Source of the DNA: Terriglobia bacterium
Lineage (GTDB): Bacteria > Acidobacteriota > Terriglobia > Bryobacterales > Bryobacteraceae
Assembly (NCBI GenBank): GCA_963838205.1
Contig: CAWIQF010000024.1
Location: 20,637 to 84,636 of the forward strand
Direction of reading: 5' to 3'
DNA length: 64,000 bases
Below, in pieces: positions 28,661 to 40,128 of the stretch. The notes beneath the pieces are model-generated. The model saw nothing but the letters and a program-made list of their open reading frames with translations. It was not told the DNA's origin and did not search any database. The position numbers and the translations under genes were made by a program. Position 1 is the stretch's first letter. Every line of letters begins with the position of its first letter.

Positions 28661-29842
28661 ATGACCTCTTCAGCCACACCATCGCCCAACGAATTGGCTG
28701 CCGCTTCCAACGCCTTCGCCCAGTTCCTGCCCAAGCGTTTCGGCGTGGAGTTCCTCACCAGCCTGAACCACGCCATTCGCACGCCCATGAGCGGCATCCT
28801 GGGCTTGTCGGAGCTGTTGCTCGAGAGCGCTCTCGATCCCGAACATCGCGAGTACATCGTGTCCATCCGCTCGTGTGCCTCGGCGCTGAACGACTTGTTG
28901 GCCTCAACCCTCGACTACGCCTCGCTCGCCTCCGGCGGGATCCGCCTCGAAGAGCAGGACTTCCCACTGCTCACCGCAATCGAAGCGGGCCTACGGGAGG
29001 CGCGCGAGCGCGCGCTGGAGACCGGAACCGTACTCGACTCGGAGCTGGCGCCGGAATTGGATCGGATCGTCTGCGCTGACGCGTTGCGCTTGCGCGACGT
29101 CGTTTCGCTGATGAACCGCGCTTCGATCCACTCGGCGACTAGCGGGCGGGTACGGTTCCAGGCCCAGCTCTCGATCTGGAGTCCGCGTCTGGGCGAACTC
29201 TCGCTCGAGGTTCGCCGGGAGGCCGTCGCCAACGCCGCGGGCGGGGCGGCTCTGCCGCGCAGTTACCAGGAGCCGGAAGGGTTGCTGGTGGAAACCTTCC
29301 GCATCGAAACTCTGGAAATGGCCCTGTTGCAGCGCCTGGTCGGGCTCTTGCGAGGCAGCCTGAAAGTGTCCGTGGAAGCGCACGGTTCGATTGACCTGCG
29401 GGTCATTCTGCCGATCGGGTTGCACGAAATGAACCTGCGCGAGGAATTGGCTCTGGTCGAGGACGCCCGGCCGGCCATCCTGATCGCCGACGACAACCGC
29501 ATCAATCTGCGCGTGCTGAGCGCCGTCCTGAGCCGCGCCGGCTTCGAGGTCGTGGCGGTCGATAGCGGCGCGGCGGCCATCGAGGCGCTCGTCGCCCGGT
29601 GCTTCGATCTGGTCCTGATGGACATCCTGATGCCCGGCCTGGATGGCGGCGCGGCTACCGCGCGGATTCGCGCGCTGCCCGCGTGCGCTAGAATCCCAAT
29701 TCTCGGCATCACCGCCGGCGTGACCGAAGAACTGCGCGAGAGTTGCCGCCGCAACGGCATGGATGCGATTCTCGGAAAGCCCGTCAACGCTCCGGAACTT
29801 GTGGAAAGCGTGCGCTTCTACCTGGCCCGCGCTTCTAACTGA
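28661..29842 (+). CDS. soluble hybrid histidine kinase-like protein (HisKA + degenerate catalytic region + receiver)
   Basis: H-box LNHAIRTPMSGILGLSELL. Receiver ILIADDNRINLRVL...DLVLMDILMPGLDG...K. I could not see G1 (DxGxG) or G2 (GxGLG) ATP-binding boxes between them. No TM or sensor domain. Confidence 0.7.
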   Translation: MTSSATPSPNELAAASNAFAQFLPKRFGVEFLTSLNHAIRTPMSGILGLSELLLESALDPEHREYIVSIRSCASALNDLLASTLDYASLASGGIRLEEQDFPLLTAIEAGLREARERALETGTVLDSELAPELDRIVCADALRLRDVVSLMNRASIHSATSGRVRFQAQLSIWSPRLGELSLEVRREAVANAAGGAALPRSYQEPEGLLVETFRIETLEMALLQRLVGLLRGSLKVSVEAHGSIDLRVILPIGLHEMNLREELALVEDARPAILIADDNRINLRVLSAVLSRAGFEVVAVDSGAAAIEALVARCFDLVLMDILMPGLDGGAATARIRALPACARIPILGITAGVTEELRESCRRNGMDAILGKPVNAPELVESVRFYLARASN

Positions 29843-29920
29843 GAGCGGGGTTCCGAACCGCTCCAACCGACGCGTCAATGGAAACAGGGAGTCAAAATAG
29901 AAACCCTGATAAAATCAGCC

Positions 29921-30319
29921 ATGCCCTCAAACCGCTCCGGACTCAACATCGCTTTGTGGGTCGTCCAGGTGCTGCTGGCACTGCTCTATCTGTTCGCAGG
30001 GAGCGCGAAGCTGATGATGCCGGTGGCCGCGCTACAAGCGCAGACCAGTTTACCGGTGGGGCTTATGCGCTTCATCGGCGTGGCTGAGGTGCTGGGAGGG
30101 TTGGGCCTGGTATTGCCGGGATTGCTGCGCATTTGGGTCGGCCTCACGCCGCTGGCCGCGGCCTGTTTGGTGCCCATCATGATCGGGGCCACGGTGACTA
30201 CGGTCCAGTCCAAGGGTTTCGTCTCGGCTATTTTCCCGCTGCTGGTCGGGCTGCTGGTGCTGTGGATCGCATACGCTCGCTGGCGTCTGGCGCCGTTACT
30301 CGGGCGTGGTTCGGAGTAG
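29921..30319 (+). CDS. DoxX family membrane protein
   Basis: 132 aa with four TM segments; the N-terminus LNIALWVVQVLLALLYLFAGSAKL is typical of DoxX-like proteins. Confidence 0.7.
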   Translation: MPSNRSGLNIALWVVQVLLALLYLFAGSAKLMMPVAALQAQTSLPVGLMRFIGVAEVLGGLGLVLPGLLRIWVGLTPLAAACLVPIMIGATVTTVQSKGFVSAIFPLLVGLLVLWIAYARWRLAPLLGRGSE

Positions 30320-30438
30320 AGAGCCAGAAAAAGGGACATCCCCTTTCCACGTTTCCAGGACGTCCCCTTTCCCAACGGCGCTGCCGCAAGCCGACCCAAT
30401 GCCAATGGGAATAGATATGGCCGGGACCTGCGATGCAG

Positions 30439-30867
30439 CTAGTCGGCCCGCTTGCTGCTCGCTCGCCGGGGCTTCGGCTTGCTCTTGTCCTTGAGATTGA
30501 GCGCCACTGCCGCGCGGATGAGATCCTTCAAGGCCGCCTCATCGACCTTGTCGCCTTCGTGGATGTCGATGGCGCGCCTGACATTCCCGTCGAGGCTGGA
30601 GTTGAACAGACCTGAAGGGTCCTTCAACGCAGCTCCCTTGGCAAATGTCATCTTGACGACGTTCTTGTACGTCTCTCCCGTGCAGACGATGCCGCCGTGG
30701 GACCAGACGGGAGTCCCCATCCACTTCCACTCTTCGACGATCTCAGGGTCTGCCTCGTGTATGATTGCGCGCACTTTCGCGAGCGTCTTCCCGCGCCAGT
30801 CCCCAAGTTCCTTGATCTTCTCGTCGATGAATGCAGAGGCAGATTCCAGCGGGACGGGCTTTTTCAT
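30439..30867 (-). CDS. DUF1801 (YdhG-like) domain protein
   Basis: Start at MKKPVP with GGAG 8 nt upstream. ...LGDWRGKTLAKVRAIIHEADPEIVEEWKWMGTPVWSHGGIVCTGETYKNVVKMTFAKGA resembles the DUF1801 family. Confidence 0.65.
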   Translation of the reverse strand: MKKPVPLESASAFIDEKIKELGDWRGKTLAKVRAIIHEADPEIVEEWKWMGTPVWSHGGIVCTGETYKNVVKMTFAKGAALKDPSGLFNSSLDGNVRRAIDIHEGDKVDEAALKDLIRAAVALNLKDKSKPKPRRASSKRAD

Positions 30868-30935
30868 GTATAGCTCCAACTCTCGCACCTATTTTAGCTG
30901 CCCTCAGCGTAACCCGCACCCTCCCCAAAGCAGGT

Positions 30936-31022
30936 AGGCCGCTACAGCGTAGCGGCCTGATCTGCCTAAGTGGCTGTTTATCAATATGTTAGAAAAGTGC
31001 AGGCCGCTACTAATAGCGGCCT
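30936..31022. repeat. pair of near-identical GC hairpins (REP-like) in the DUF1801/secA divergent spacer
   Basis: AGGCCGCTAC-agc-GTAGCGGCCT (30936..30958) and AGGCCGCTA-ctaa-TAGCGGCCT (31001..31022) are separated by an AT-rich 42-nt stretch. Confidence 0.6.
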
Positions 31023-31238
31023 GGCCTATTCCCACCCGCATTATAGACCCGCCGCGCGAGCATTCCGCGGACGCACTCGCGCCAACTGTTTGTGATGCCT
31101 GCAGCGGGATACTTCGATGGCCGGTTCCGGGCACGGCGCGCTGGCGGCCCGCTCTATATCGGCATGCGTCTTTACGGGCGACGCGAACCAAGCAGGCTAG
31201 AATAGAAGTGAGTCCCTCCTGAAGTCGACTCCCCCCTT

Positions 31239-34183
<2,945 letters not shown>

Positions 34184-34205
<22 letters not shown>

Positions 34206-35219
34206 CAATCGCCGTCCGCCGCTGGGGATTTCTGGCAGCGGTGGCGGCGCTCCTGGGTGCAGCGGCCGCGCCGGCCCAATCGATCTGGCCCGAGCAATGG
34301 CGCGAGCACCAGCGCGGGAAGGTGTCGCCAGTGACGCCGCCGGAGGCGCGGCTATGGGCCGAATTCGGCGGGGAAGCCGCGGAAAAGGCGATCTACGAGA
34401 GTCCGGTGGGACGCTTCAGCGCGACCGCCTATCGGCTGAAGGACGCCACTTCGGCGATGGCCTGGTACGAGTATCTGCGGCCGGAAAATGCCGTGCCGGC
34501 GCGCGGCGCGTTGAGCCTATCGACGACGCCGGGAGCCGAGTACGCGGCGCATCAGAATTACGTGCTTCAGTTCGAAGGCTGGCGCCCGCTGGAGGCGGAG
34601 ATGGCGGCGCTGTACAAGCTGCTGCCGCGGATGCACGCGGGCGGGGGATTGCCCAAGCTGGCTGGTTATCTGCCCGAGAAGGACCGGCGGCGGAACTCGG
34701 AACGCTACATCATGGGGCTGCACTCGCTGGAGCTGTTCGCGCCGGCGGTGCCGGGCGCGATGGCCGGTTTCGAGGATGGAGCCGAGGCGCAGGCGGCGCG
34801 TTATCAAACGCCCGTCGGCGAGATGCCGGTGGTGATTTTCGAATATCCGACGCCGCAGGCTGGCGCGCCAGCACGAGGCCGAGTTCGGGAAACTCGCGGG
34901 ATGGCAGGTGAAGCGCACCGGGCCGCTGGTGGCGGTGGTGCCGGCCGAGGCCGGGCAGGCGGTGGACGCCGCGGCGGTCAAAGCGCTGCTCGATCCGATC
35001 GAATGGAATCTCGAATTCACCTGGTACGAGAGCGCCAGACGGCATGTGCCGGTGAACGTGGCGGCGATGCTGCTGGGGGCGATCGAACTGACCGGCGCGG
35101 TGCTCGCCGCGGTGCTTTTCGGCGGCATCTTTTTTGCGGTGATCGGCGTGTGGCTCCGGCGCCGGGGCCTGAAGGACGGCGAAGAGCCCGGCCTGACGGT
35201 ACTGCGGCTGAACGGGTAG
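34184..35219 (+). pseudogene. hypothetical signal-peptide and C-terminal-TM protein interrupted by a 1-nt frameshift near 34858-34866
   Basis: The N-terminal part (frame of 34157) reads normally up to ...VVIFEYPTPQ. The natural continuation LARQHEAEFGKLAGWQVKRTGPLVAVVP...TM helix...stop 35219 is in another frame, which is open from 34836. Continuing in the first frame gives Gly/Arg-rich non-protein-like sequence. Confidence 0.55.
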
Positions 35220-35317
35220 GCCGGCGCAAGTGCCGCGATCGCGGCAAAACATCCAGGCTGTTTTCCAATTGTTGCCGGGATCGTTCCAGTATGCTGGAGG
35301 ACGGGCGGAGGTCCTCT

Positions 35318-36193
35318 ATGCATCCCAACACAATCACGAGAAGAGAGCTGGCCGCGCTGGCCGGCGTGGCGCTGGCGGGCGGGGCGGCGGCACAGGCGCA
35401 AAGTGGCGCGCTGACGGCCCGCCAGGCCATCGAGCGCATCCAGAAAAACGTCGGCGTGCCGTGGAGTAAGCAGACGGTGGACACGTTCAAGGCCGGCGAT
35501 CCGGATACGCCCGTAGCCGGCATCGCCACGAGCTTCATGGCCACGCTGGACGTGCTGCAGCGCGCTGCCGCCGCGGGCAAGAACCTGATCGTGACGCACG
35601 AGCCGACGTTCTGGAGTCACCAGGACGAGACCAAGGAACTGGTCAACGATCCGATCTACAAATTCAAACAGGCGTTCATCGCGCAGCACAAGCTGGTGGT
35701 GTGGCGTTTCCACGACCACTGGCACGCGCGGCAACCGGACGCCGTCATGACCGGGCTGGTGCAACTCCTGGGCTGGGACAAGTATCAGATGGGTGGCGAT
35801 CAGCGCTTCTACACGCTGCCGGAGACGACGCTGGGCGCACTGGCGCGCACGATGCAGGACCGGCTGAAGGTGCGCACGCTGCGGGCGATCGGCGATCCGG
35901 GGATCCCGGTGCGCCGGATCTCGCTGAGCCCCGGGGCGGCGGGTCTAATGGCGGCGGTGCGGACTCTGCCGCAGGCCGACGTGTACGTTTGCGGCGAGGC
36001 GACGGAGTGGGAGGGCATCGAGTATGCGCGGGACACGATCGCGGCCGGCCAGAAGAAGGGGATGATCCTGGCGGGGCACGTCGTGACCGAGGATCCGGGC
36101 ATGAATCTGTGCGCCCAGTGGCTGAAGACGTTCATCCCGGAAGTGCCGATTGAATGGATTCCGACCGGCGAACCGTTCTGGCGGCCGGCGTAG
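35318..36193 (+). CDS. NIF3 (YbgI/NGG1p-interacting factor 3)-like metal-binding protein with Tat/Sec-type signal peptide
   Basis: GGAGG RBS. N-terminus MHPNTITRRELAALAGVALAGGAAAQAQS. The body has ...IATSFMATLDVLQRAAAAGKNLIVTHEPTFW... and ...GHVVTEDPGM..., resembling NIF3. Confidence 0.7.
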   Translation: MHPNTITRRELAALAGVALAGGAAAQAQSGALTARQAIERIQKNVGVPWSKQTVDTFKAGDPDTPVAGIATSFMATLDVLQRAAAAGKNLIVTHEPTFWSHQDETKELVNDPIYKFKQAFIAQHKLVVWRFHDHWHARQPDAVMTGLVQLLGWDKYQMGGDQRFYTLPETTLGALARTMQDRLKVRTLRAIGDPGIPVRRISLSPGAAGLMAAVRTLPQADVYVCGEATEWEGIEYARDTIAAGQKKGMILAGHVVTEDPGMNLCAQWLKTFIPEVPIEWIPTGEPFWRPA

Positions 36194-36495
36194 CTCGCGG
36201 CGGCGCAGAGCGGGCTTCGGGCGTGTCGCCGCAGGCTTGGGCGGGCGTCTGTAAATGATTGTCCCTGCTTCCGTTTGACGTCTGGTGCGCGCTGGCGGGA
36301 GGGCTGACGGCGAACTGGGAACACTATCCGTTGGCAGTGTGCAGGACTCCAACGCCTGTGAAAATTAAGCGAAAGTAATATAGCCTCGCGCCTTTCTATG
36401 ACTCTCTTGGAACAAAAGACAGTTTCCCTGTCAAGAGGAAAAACATTATTGAAATCAGTGGTTTATAAGGAATTTTCGGAGCCTGGTTTTTCTTC

Positions 36496-36524
36496 TTGAC
36501 TTCGCATCCGAGGGAGTCTACGCT
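36496..36524 (+). promoter_or_regulatory. candidate sigma70 promoter TTGACT-N17-TACGCT
   Basis: Hexamers read directly, just downstream of an AT-rich block (36360-36495). A strong terminator lies ~80 nt downstream. Confidence 0.45.
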
Positions 36525-36530
36525 CAAAGC

Positions 36531-36638
36531 ACACACAGGTTTTGTGGTCGTGAGACCATTCGATCTGTTTCTCCCACTGAACATCAGCCCGGTTTGCCGG
36601 GGTTCACGAAAGCCCGCCTGTTGGCGGGCTTTCGTTTT
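36531..36638 (+). ncRNA. candidate ~105-nt small RNA or terminating 5' leader upstream of RNase J
   Basis: Bounded by the promoter at 36496-36524 and the terminator at 36607-36638. Internal hairpins are TGGTC-GTGA-GACCA (36545..36558) and CCCGG-TTTG-CCGGG (36588..36601). No plausible ORF on this strand. Confidence 0.4.
36607..36638 (+). terminator. rho-independent terminator
   Basis: CGAAAGCCCGCC-tgtt-GGCGGGCTTTCG followed by TTTT. The T-tract is present only on the + strand. Confidence 0.65.
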
Positions 36639-36747
36639 GACTGGTGACGCGGTTGCGCACTCCTGAGCGGTGCCAGGCGCGGGCGGGGGATCAGGCGGTG
36701 TGTTAGCCTTAAGGTTCCCGGAGCGCACATTAGAAAGCCGTATATTC

Positions 36748-38418
36748 ATGTCAGATAAGAGGTTGCAGGTGATCCCGCTGGGCGGGCTGGGCGAGTTCGG
36801 GATGAACTGCCTGGCGCTGCGCTACGAGGATGACATCATCGTGATCGATGCGGGGATGATGTTCCCCGACGCGGAGCTGATGGGTGTGGACATCGTCACT
36901 CCCGATTTCACCTATCTAGAAGAAAACAAAAAGTTTGTTCGTGCGCTGCTGCTGACGCACGGGCATGAGGACCACATTGGCGCGCTGCCGTTTCTGCTGA
37001 CGGAGATCGACATTCCGGTCTACGGCACGGCGTTCACGCTGGCGCTGGTGGAGCGGCGCTTGGAAGAGCACGAGATGCTCGACCAGGTCAAACTGCACCG
37101 GATCAAGCCCGGGCAGGTGGTCGAGATCGGGCCCTTCCAGGTTGAGTTCATCCACGTCACGCATTCCATTGTGAGCGCGGTGGCGCTGGCTATCACAACG
37201 CCGCTGGGGGTGGTGATTCACACCGGAGATTTCAAAGTAGATCCTACCCCTACCGACAACATTCTTTTCGACTTGCACACGCTGGCGAGCTATGGGAAGC
37301 GGGGCGTGCTGCTGCTGCTGTCCGATTCGACCAATGTCAACCGGCCGGGCTACACGCCCAGCGAACGGGCGGTGATGCCGCGCTTCGAGGAGATCTTCAA
37401 TCGCGCCGAACACCGCATCATCGTCTCCTGTTTTTCGAGCTCGATCCACCGTCTGCAACAGATTCTGGACATCTCGGCCGAAATGGGCCGGAAGGTCGCA
37501 TTTCTGGGCCGCAGCATGTTGACGACGACGGAGATTGCGCACAGCCTGGGCCTGCTGCACATTCCCGACAACACGCTCATCCGCCCGCAGGACATCATGT
37601 CGATGCCGCGCAACCGCGTGGTGGTCGTGGTCTCCGGCACGCAGGGCGAACCGATGTCGGCGATGTCGCGAATCGCGGTAGACAGCCACAAGAACCTGTC
37701 GTTGGACAGCGGCGACATCGTGGTACTGAGCGCGCGCATGATTCCTGGAAACGAGAAGGGGATCGGGCGCATGCTGAACCACGTGGCGCGGCGCGGGTGC
37801 GAGGTGGTGGCGGGTTCGATGAATCCGCCGGTGCACGTTTCCGGGCACGGCTCGAGCGAAGAGCTGAAGCTGATGCTGAACCTGATCCGGCCGCGCTACT
37901 TCGTCCCGATCCACGGCGAATACTGGCAGATGTCGAAGCACGCCAAGCTGGCCAGTCATTTGAAAACATTAGGTTTAGAGGAGACCTTCCTGCTCGAGAG
38001 CGGGCAGGTGCTGGAGATCGACCATCACGGCGCCCGCAAAGCCGGCAAGGTGACAGTGGGGCGCGTGTGCATCGACTCGGGCTCGATCGACGAGGTGGTC
38101 GAGGACATGGTGATCCGCGATCGGCGGCATCTCTCCGAGGACGGTTTCGTGATCCCGATCGTCTCCATGGACAAGAACACGGGGCGCGCGGACGGATTGC
38201 CGGAGATCGTGACCCGCGGCTTTGTGTCGCTGGATGAGGGCTCGGATCTGCTGGCGACGGCGCGGCAGGTGGTGGCGCGGACGATCGAGAATTCATCGCG
38301 CGAGGAGCGCACCGACTGGGGCGTGATGCAGGAAAAGATCCGCACGGACCTGAAGCGTTTCCTGCACAAAGAGACCTCGCGGCGGCCGCTGATCATGCCG
38401 GTGATTCTGGAGGCTTAG
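36748..38418 (+). CDS. rnj: ribonuclease J
   Basis: Start at MSDKRLQVIPLGGLGEFGMN. Metallo-beta-lactamase motif LLTHGHEDHIGALP, beta-CASP region, and ...HVSGHGSSEELKLMLNLIRPRYFVPIHGEY. Confidence 0.92.
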   Translation: MSDKRLQVIPLGGLGEFGMNCLALRYEDDIIVIDAGMMFPDAELMGVDIVTPDFTYLEENKKFVRALLLTHGHEDHIGALPFLLTEIDIPVYGTAFTLALVERRLEEHEMLDQVKLHRIKPGQVVEIGPFQVEFIHVTHSIVSAVALAITTPLGVVIHTGDFKVDPTPTDNILFDLHTLASYGKRGVLLLLSDSTNVNRPGYTPSERAVMPRFEEIFNRAEHRIIVSCFSSSIHRLQQILDISAEMGRKVAFLGRSMLTTTEIAHSLGLLHIPDNTLIRPQDIMSMPRNRVVVVVSGTQGEPMSAMSRIAVDSHKNLSLDSGDIVVLSARMIPGNEKGIGRMLNHVARRGCEVVAGSMNPPVHVSGHGSSEELKLMLNLIRPRYFVPIHGEYWQMSKHAKLASHLKTLGLEETFLLESGQVLEIDHHGARKAGKVTVGRVCIDSGSIDEVVEDMVIRDRRHLSEDGFVIPIVSMDKNTGRADGLPEIVTRGFVSLDEGSDLLATARQVVARTIENSSREERTDWGVMQEKIRTDLKRFLHKETSRRPLIMPVILEA

Positions 38419-38455
38419 CGGGTCGTTGCGCAAGGCCGAACATCCGCTCCCTGAC

Positions 38456-38623
38456 GGTCGCGGCTCAGAAACACACGGGCGCGGCTCAGAAACACACGGT
38501 CGCGGCTCAGAAACACAACCGCTCCTTTCAGTCGCGGCTCCGTCACACGGGCGCGGCTCCGTCACACGGGCGCGGCTCCGTCACACGGGCGCGGCCCAGA
38601 AACGATGGTCGCGGCTCCGTCAC
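38456..38623. repeat. eight tandem 19-21-nt units of two flavours sharing the core G(G/T)CGCGGC(T/C)C
   Basis: Type A is GGTCGCGGCTCAGAAACACAC: three copies at 38456..38518 plus a degenerate copy at 38588..38607. Type B is G(T/G)CGCGGCTCCGTCACACG: three copies at 38531..38587 plus a truncated copy at 38608..38623. Each triple block is preceded by CCGCTCC(C/T)T. Confidence 0.9.
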
Positions 38624-38640
38624 TTTCCGGCTGAGGCGAT

Positions 38641-40029
38641 ATGGATTCTAGCTCGACACCCGAGCCGATTCCAGCGGCGTATCTGGAAGACGAATCGGGA
38701 TTTACGGGCCACGGAGAGGGCCTGTTCCGCCCCGCCACAGCGCAGCAGGCGGCGGAGGTGCTGGCCGAGGCGGCGCGCACTCGAACGCCGGTCACGGTGT
38801 CGGGCGCGGGCACCGGCGTCGTCGGCGGACGAGTAGCCGAGGGCGGGTGGGTGCTCTCGACGGAGCGCTTCCGGAGGTTGGAAATCGGCTCCGGGATAGC
38901 GGTTGTCGGAGCTGGTGTTCTTCTTCACGATCTGCAACTTGCAGCAAAAACCTCAGGTCAATTCTATGCTCCGGATCCAACCGAATGGGGCGCCTCGATC
39001 GGCGGGACCATCGCCACCAATGCCAGCGGATCGCGCAGTTTTCTGTATGGATCGACGCGCCGGCACCTGCTGAGCGTGACGGTGGCGCTGATGGACGGCA
39101 CGGTGCGGACATACGGGCGCGACGAAAGGCTCGATTTCGCGTACACGCCGCTGGCGGCGCCGCGCTGCCGGAAGCACACGGCTGGTTATTTTCTGCGGCA
39201 GAACAGCGGGTACCTCGAGCTCATTTGCGGTTCCGAAGGCACGCTGGCGGTGGTCCTGGAGGCGGAAGTGCAACTGCTGCCGCAGCCGAAGAGCCTGCTG
39301 AGCGGGGTGGTGTTCTTCCGGTCGGAGGAGGCGGCGCTGGATGCGGTGGATGCATGGCGCGAGATACCGCAGTTGCGCATGCTGGAGTTTTTCGACCCTC
39401 CATCGCTCGACCTGCTGCGCGGCCCGTACCCGGAGATTCCTGCGGCGGCGCGCGCGGCGTTGCTGGTGGAGCAGATTGCCGATGGGCTGGAGGAAGACGC
39501 CGAGGAAGCGTGGCTGGAACGGATGGAGCGCTTCGGGGCGCTGGACGATTCGTGGTTCGGCACCACCGACGGGGAGCGCGAACGGTTCCGGGTATTCCGG
39601 CACAAGCTGCCGGAGGTGGTGAACGAGCGGATCAAGCGCAACGGCTTTCAGAAGATGGGCACCGATGCCGCGGTGCCGCTCGAGAAGAACCGTGAAATGA
39701 TGCGCTGGTACCGTCAGGTGTTGGATGAACAATTCCCGGACAAGGCCGTGATGTACGGGCACATCGGCGACTCGCACATGCATGTGAACGTGATGCCGGA
39801 GACGGAGGACGACGCGCGGCGCGGGCGCGCTTTCCAATATGAATCGGCGCGGCAGGCGGTGGCGCTGGGTGGCACTGTCAGCGCGGAGCACGGGCTGGGG
39901 AAAAAGAAGGCGCACTTCCTGGAGCTCGAATTCACACCGGCCGAGATCCAGGCGATGTGCGACGTGAAGCGGCATTTCGATCCGCAGTGGCTGCTGGGAC
40001 GGGGCAATCTGCTGCCGCTGCCGGATTAG
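38641..40029 (+). CDS. FAD-linked oxidase (GlcD / D-lactate dehydrogenase family)
   Basis: 462 aa. FAD_binding_4-like N-terminal half (...VTVSGAGTGVVGG...GGTIATNASGSRS...). C-terminal ...GTVSAEHGLGKKK... is typical of GlcD-type enzymes. Confidence 0.8.
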   Translation: MDSSSTPEPIPAAYLEDESGFTGHGEGLFRPATAQQAAEVLAEAARTRTPVTVSGAGTGVVGGRVAEGGWVLSTERFRRLEIGSGIAVVGAGVLLHDLQLAAKTSGQFYAPDPTEWGASIGGTIATNASGSRSFLYGSTRRHLLSVTVALMDGTVRTYGRDERLDFAYTPLAAPRCRKHTAGYFLRQNSGYLELICGSEGTLAVVLEAEVQLLPQPKSLLSGVVFFRSEEAALDAVDAWREIPQLRMLEFFDPPSLDLLRGPYPEIPAAARAALLVEQIADGLEEDAEEAWLERMERFGALDDSWFGTTDGERERFRVFRHKLPEVVNERIKRNGFQKMGTDAAVPLEKNREMMRWYRQVLDEQFPDKAVMYGHIGDSHMHVNVMPETEDDARRGRAFQYESARQAVALGGTVSAEHGLGKKKAHFLELEFTPAEIQAMCDVKRHFDPQWLLGRGNLLPLPD

Positions 40030-40086
40030 AAACGGACACGCGCGGAGCGGTTCCGTTTTGTCCCAGTGGAGTGTCTCAGGCAAGAG

Positions 40087-40128
40087 CTGACAATGCCGAC
40101 CGAGCGTCTGACAATGCCGACCGAGCGT
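40087..40128. repeat. perfect tandem duplication of a 21-nt unit
   Basis: CTGACAATGCCGACCGAGCGT occurs twice back to back (40087..40107 and 40108..40128). Confidence 0.9.

Noticed and set aside
36396-36749. 117-aa minus-strand ORF in the NIF3 / rnj spacer.
   Set aside because: It has AT-rich, low-complexity, atypical codon usage for this genome. It overlaps the plus-strand promoter-terminator unit and has no RBS or homology features.
38456-38623. Possible CRISPR array.
   Set aside because: The units are 19-21 nt and directly abutting, with no unique spacers. There are no cas genes in the window and no leader.
38426-38836. 136-aa ORF with the RGSETHG RGSETHG peptide repeat, and the minus-strand ORF 38293..38565 with an EPRPCVS repeat.
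   Set aside because: Both are just translations of the 19-21-nt DNA tandem array. The plus-strand ORF then runs out of frame into the FAD-oxidase gene. There is no RBS and no protein-like composition.
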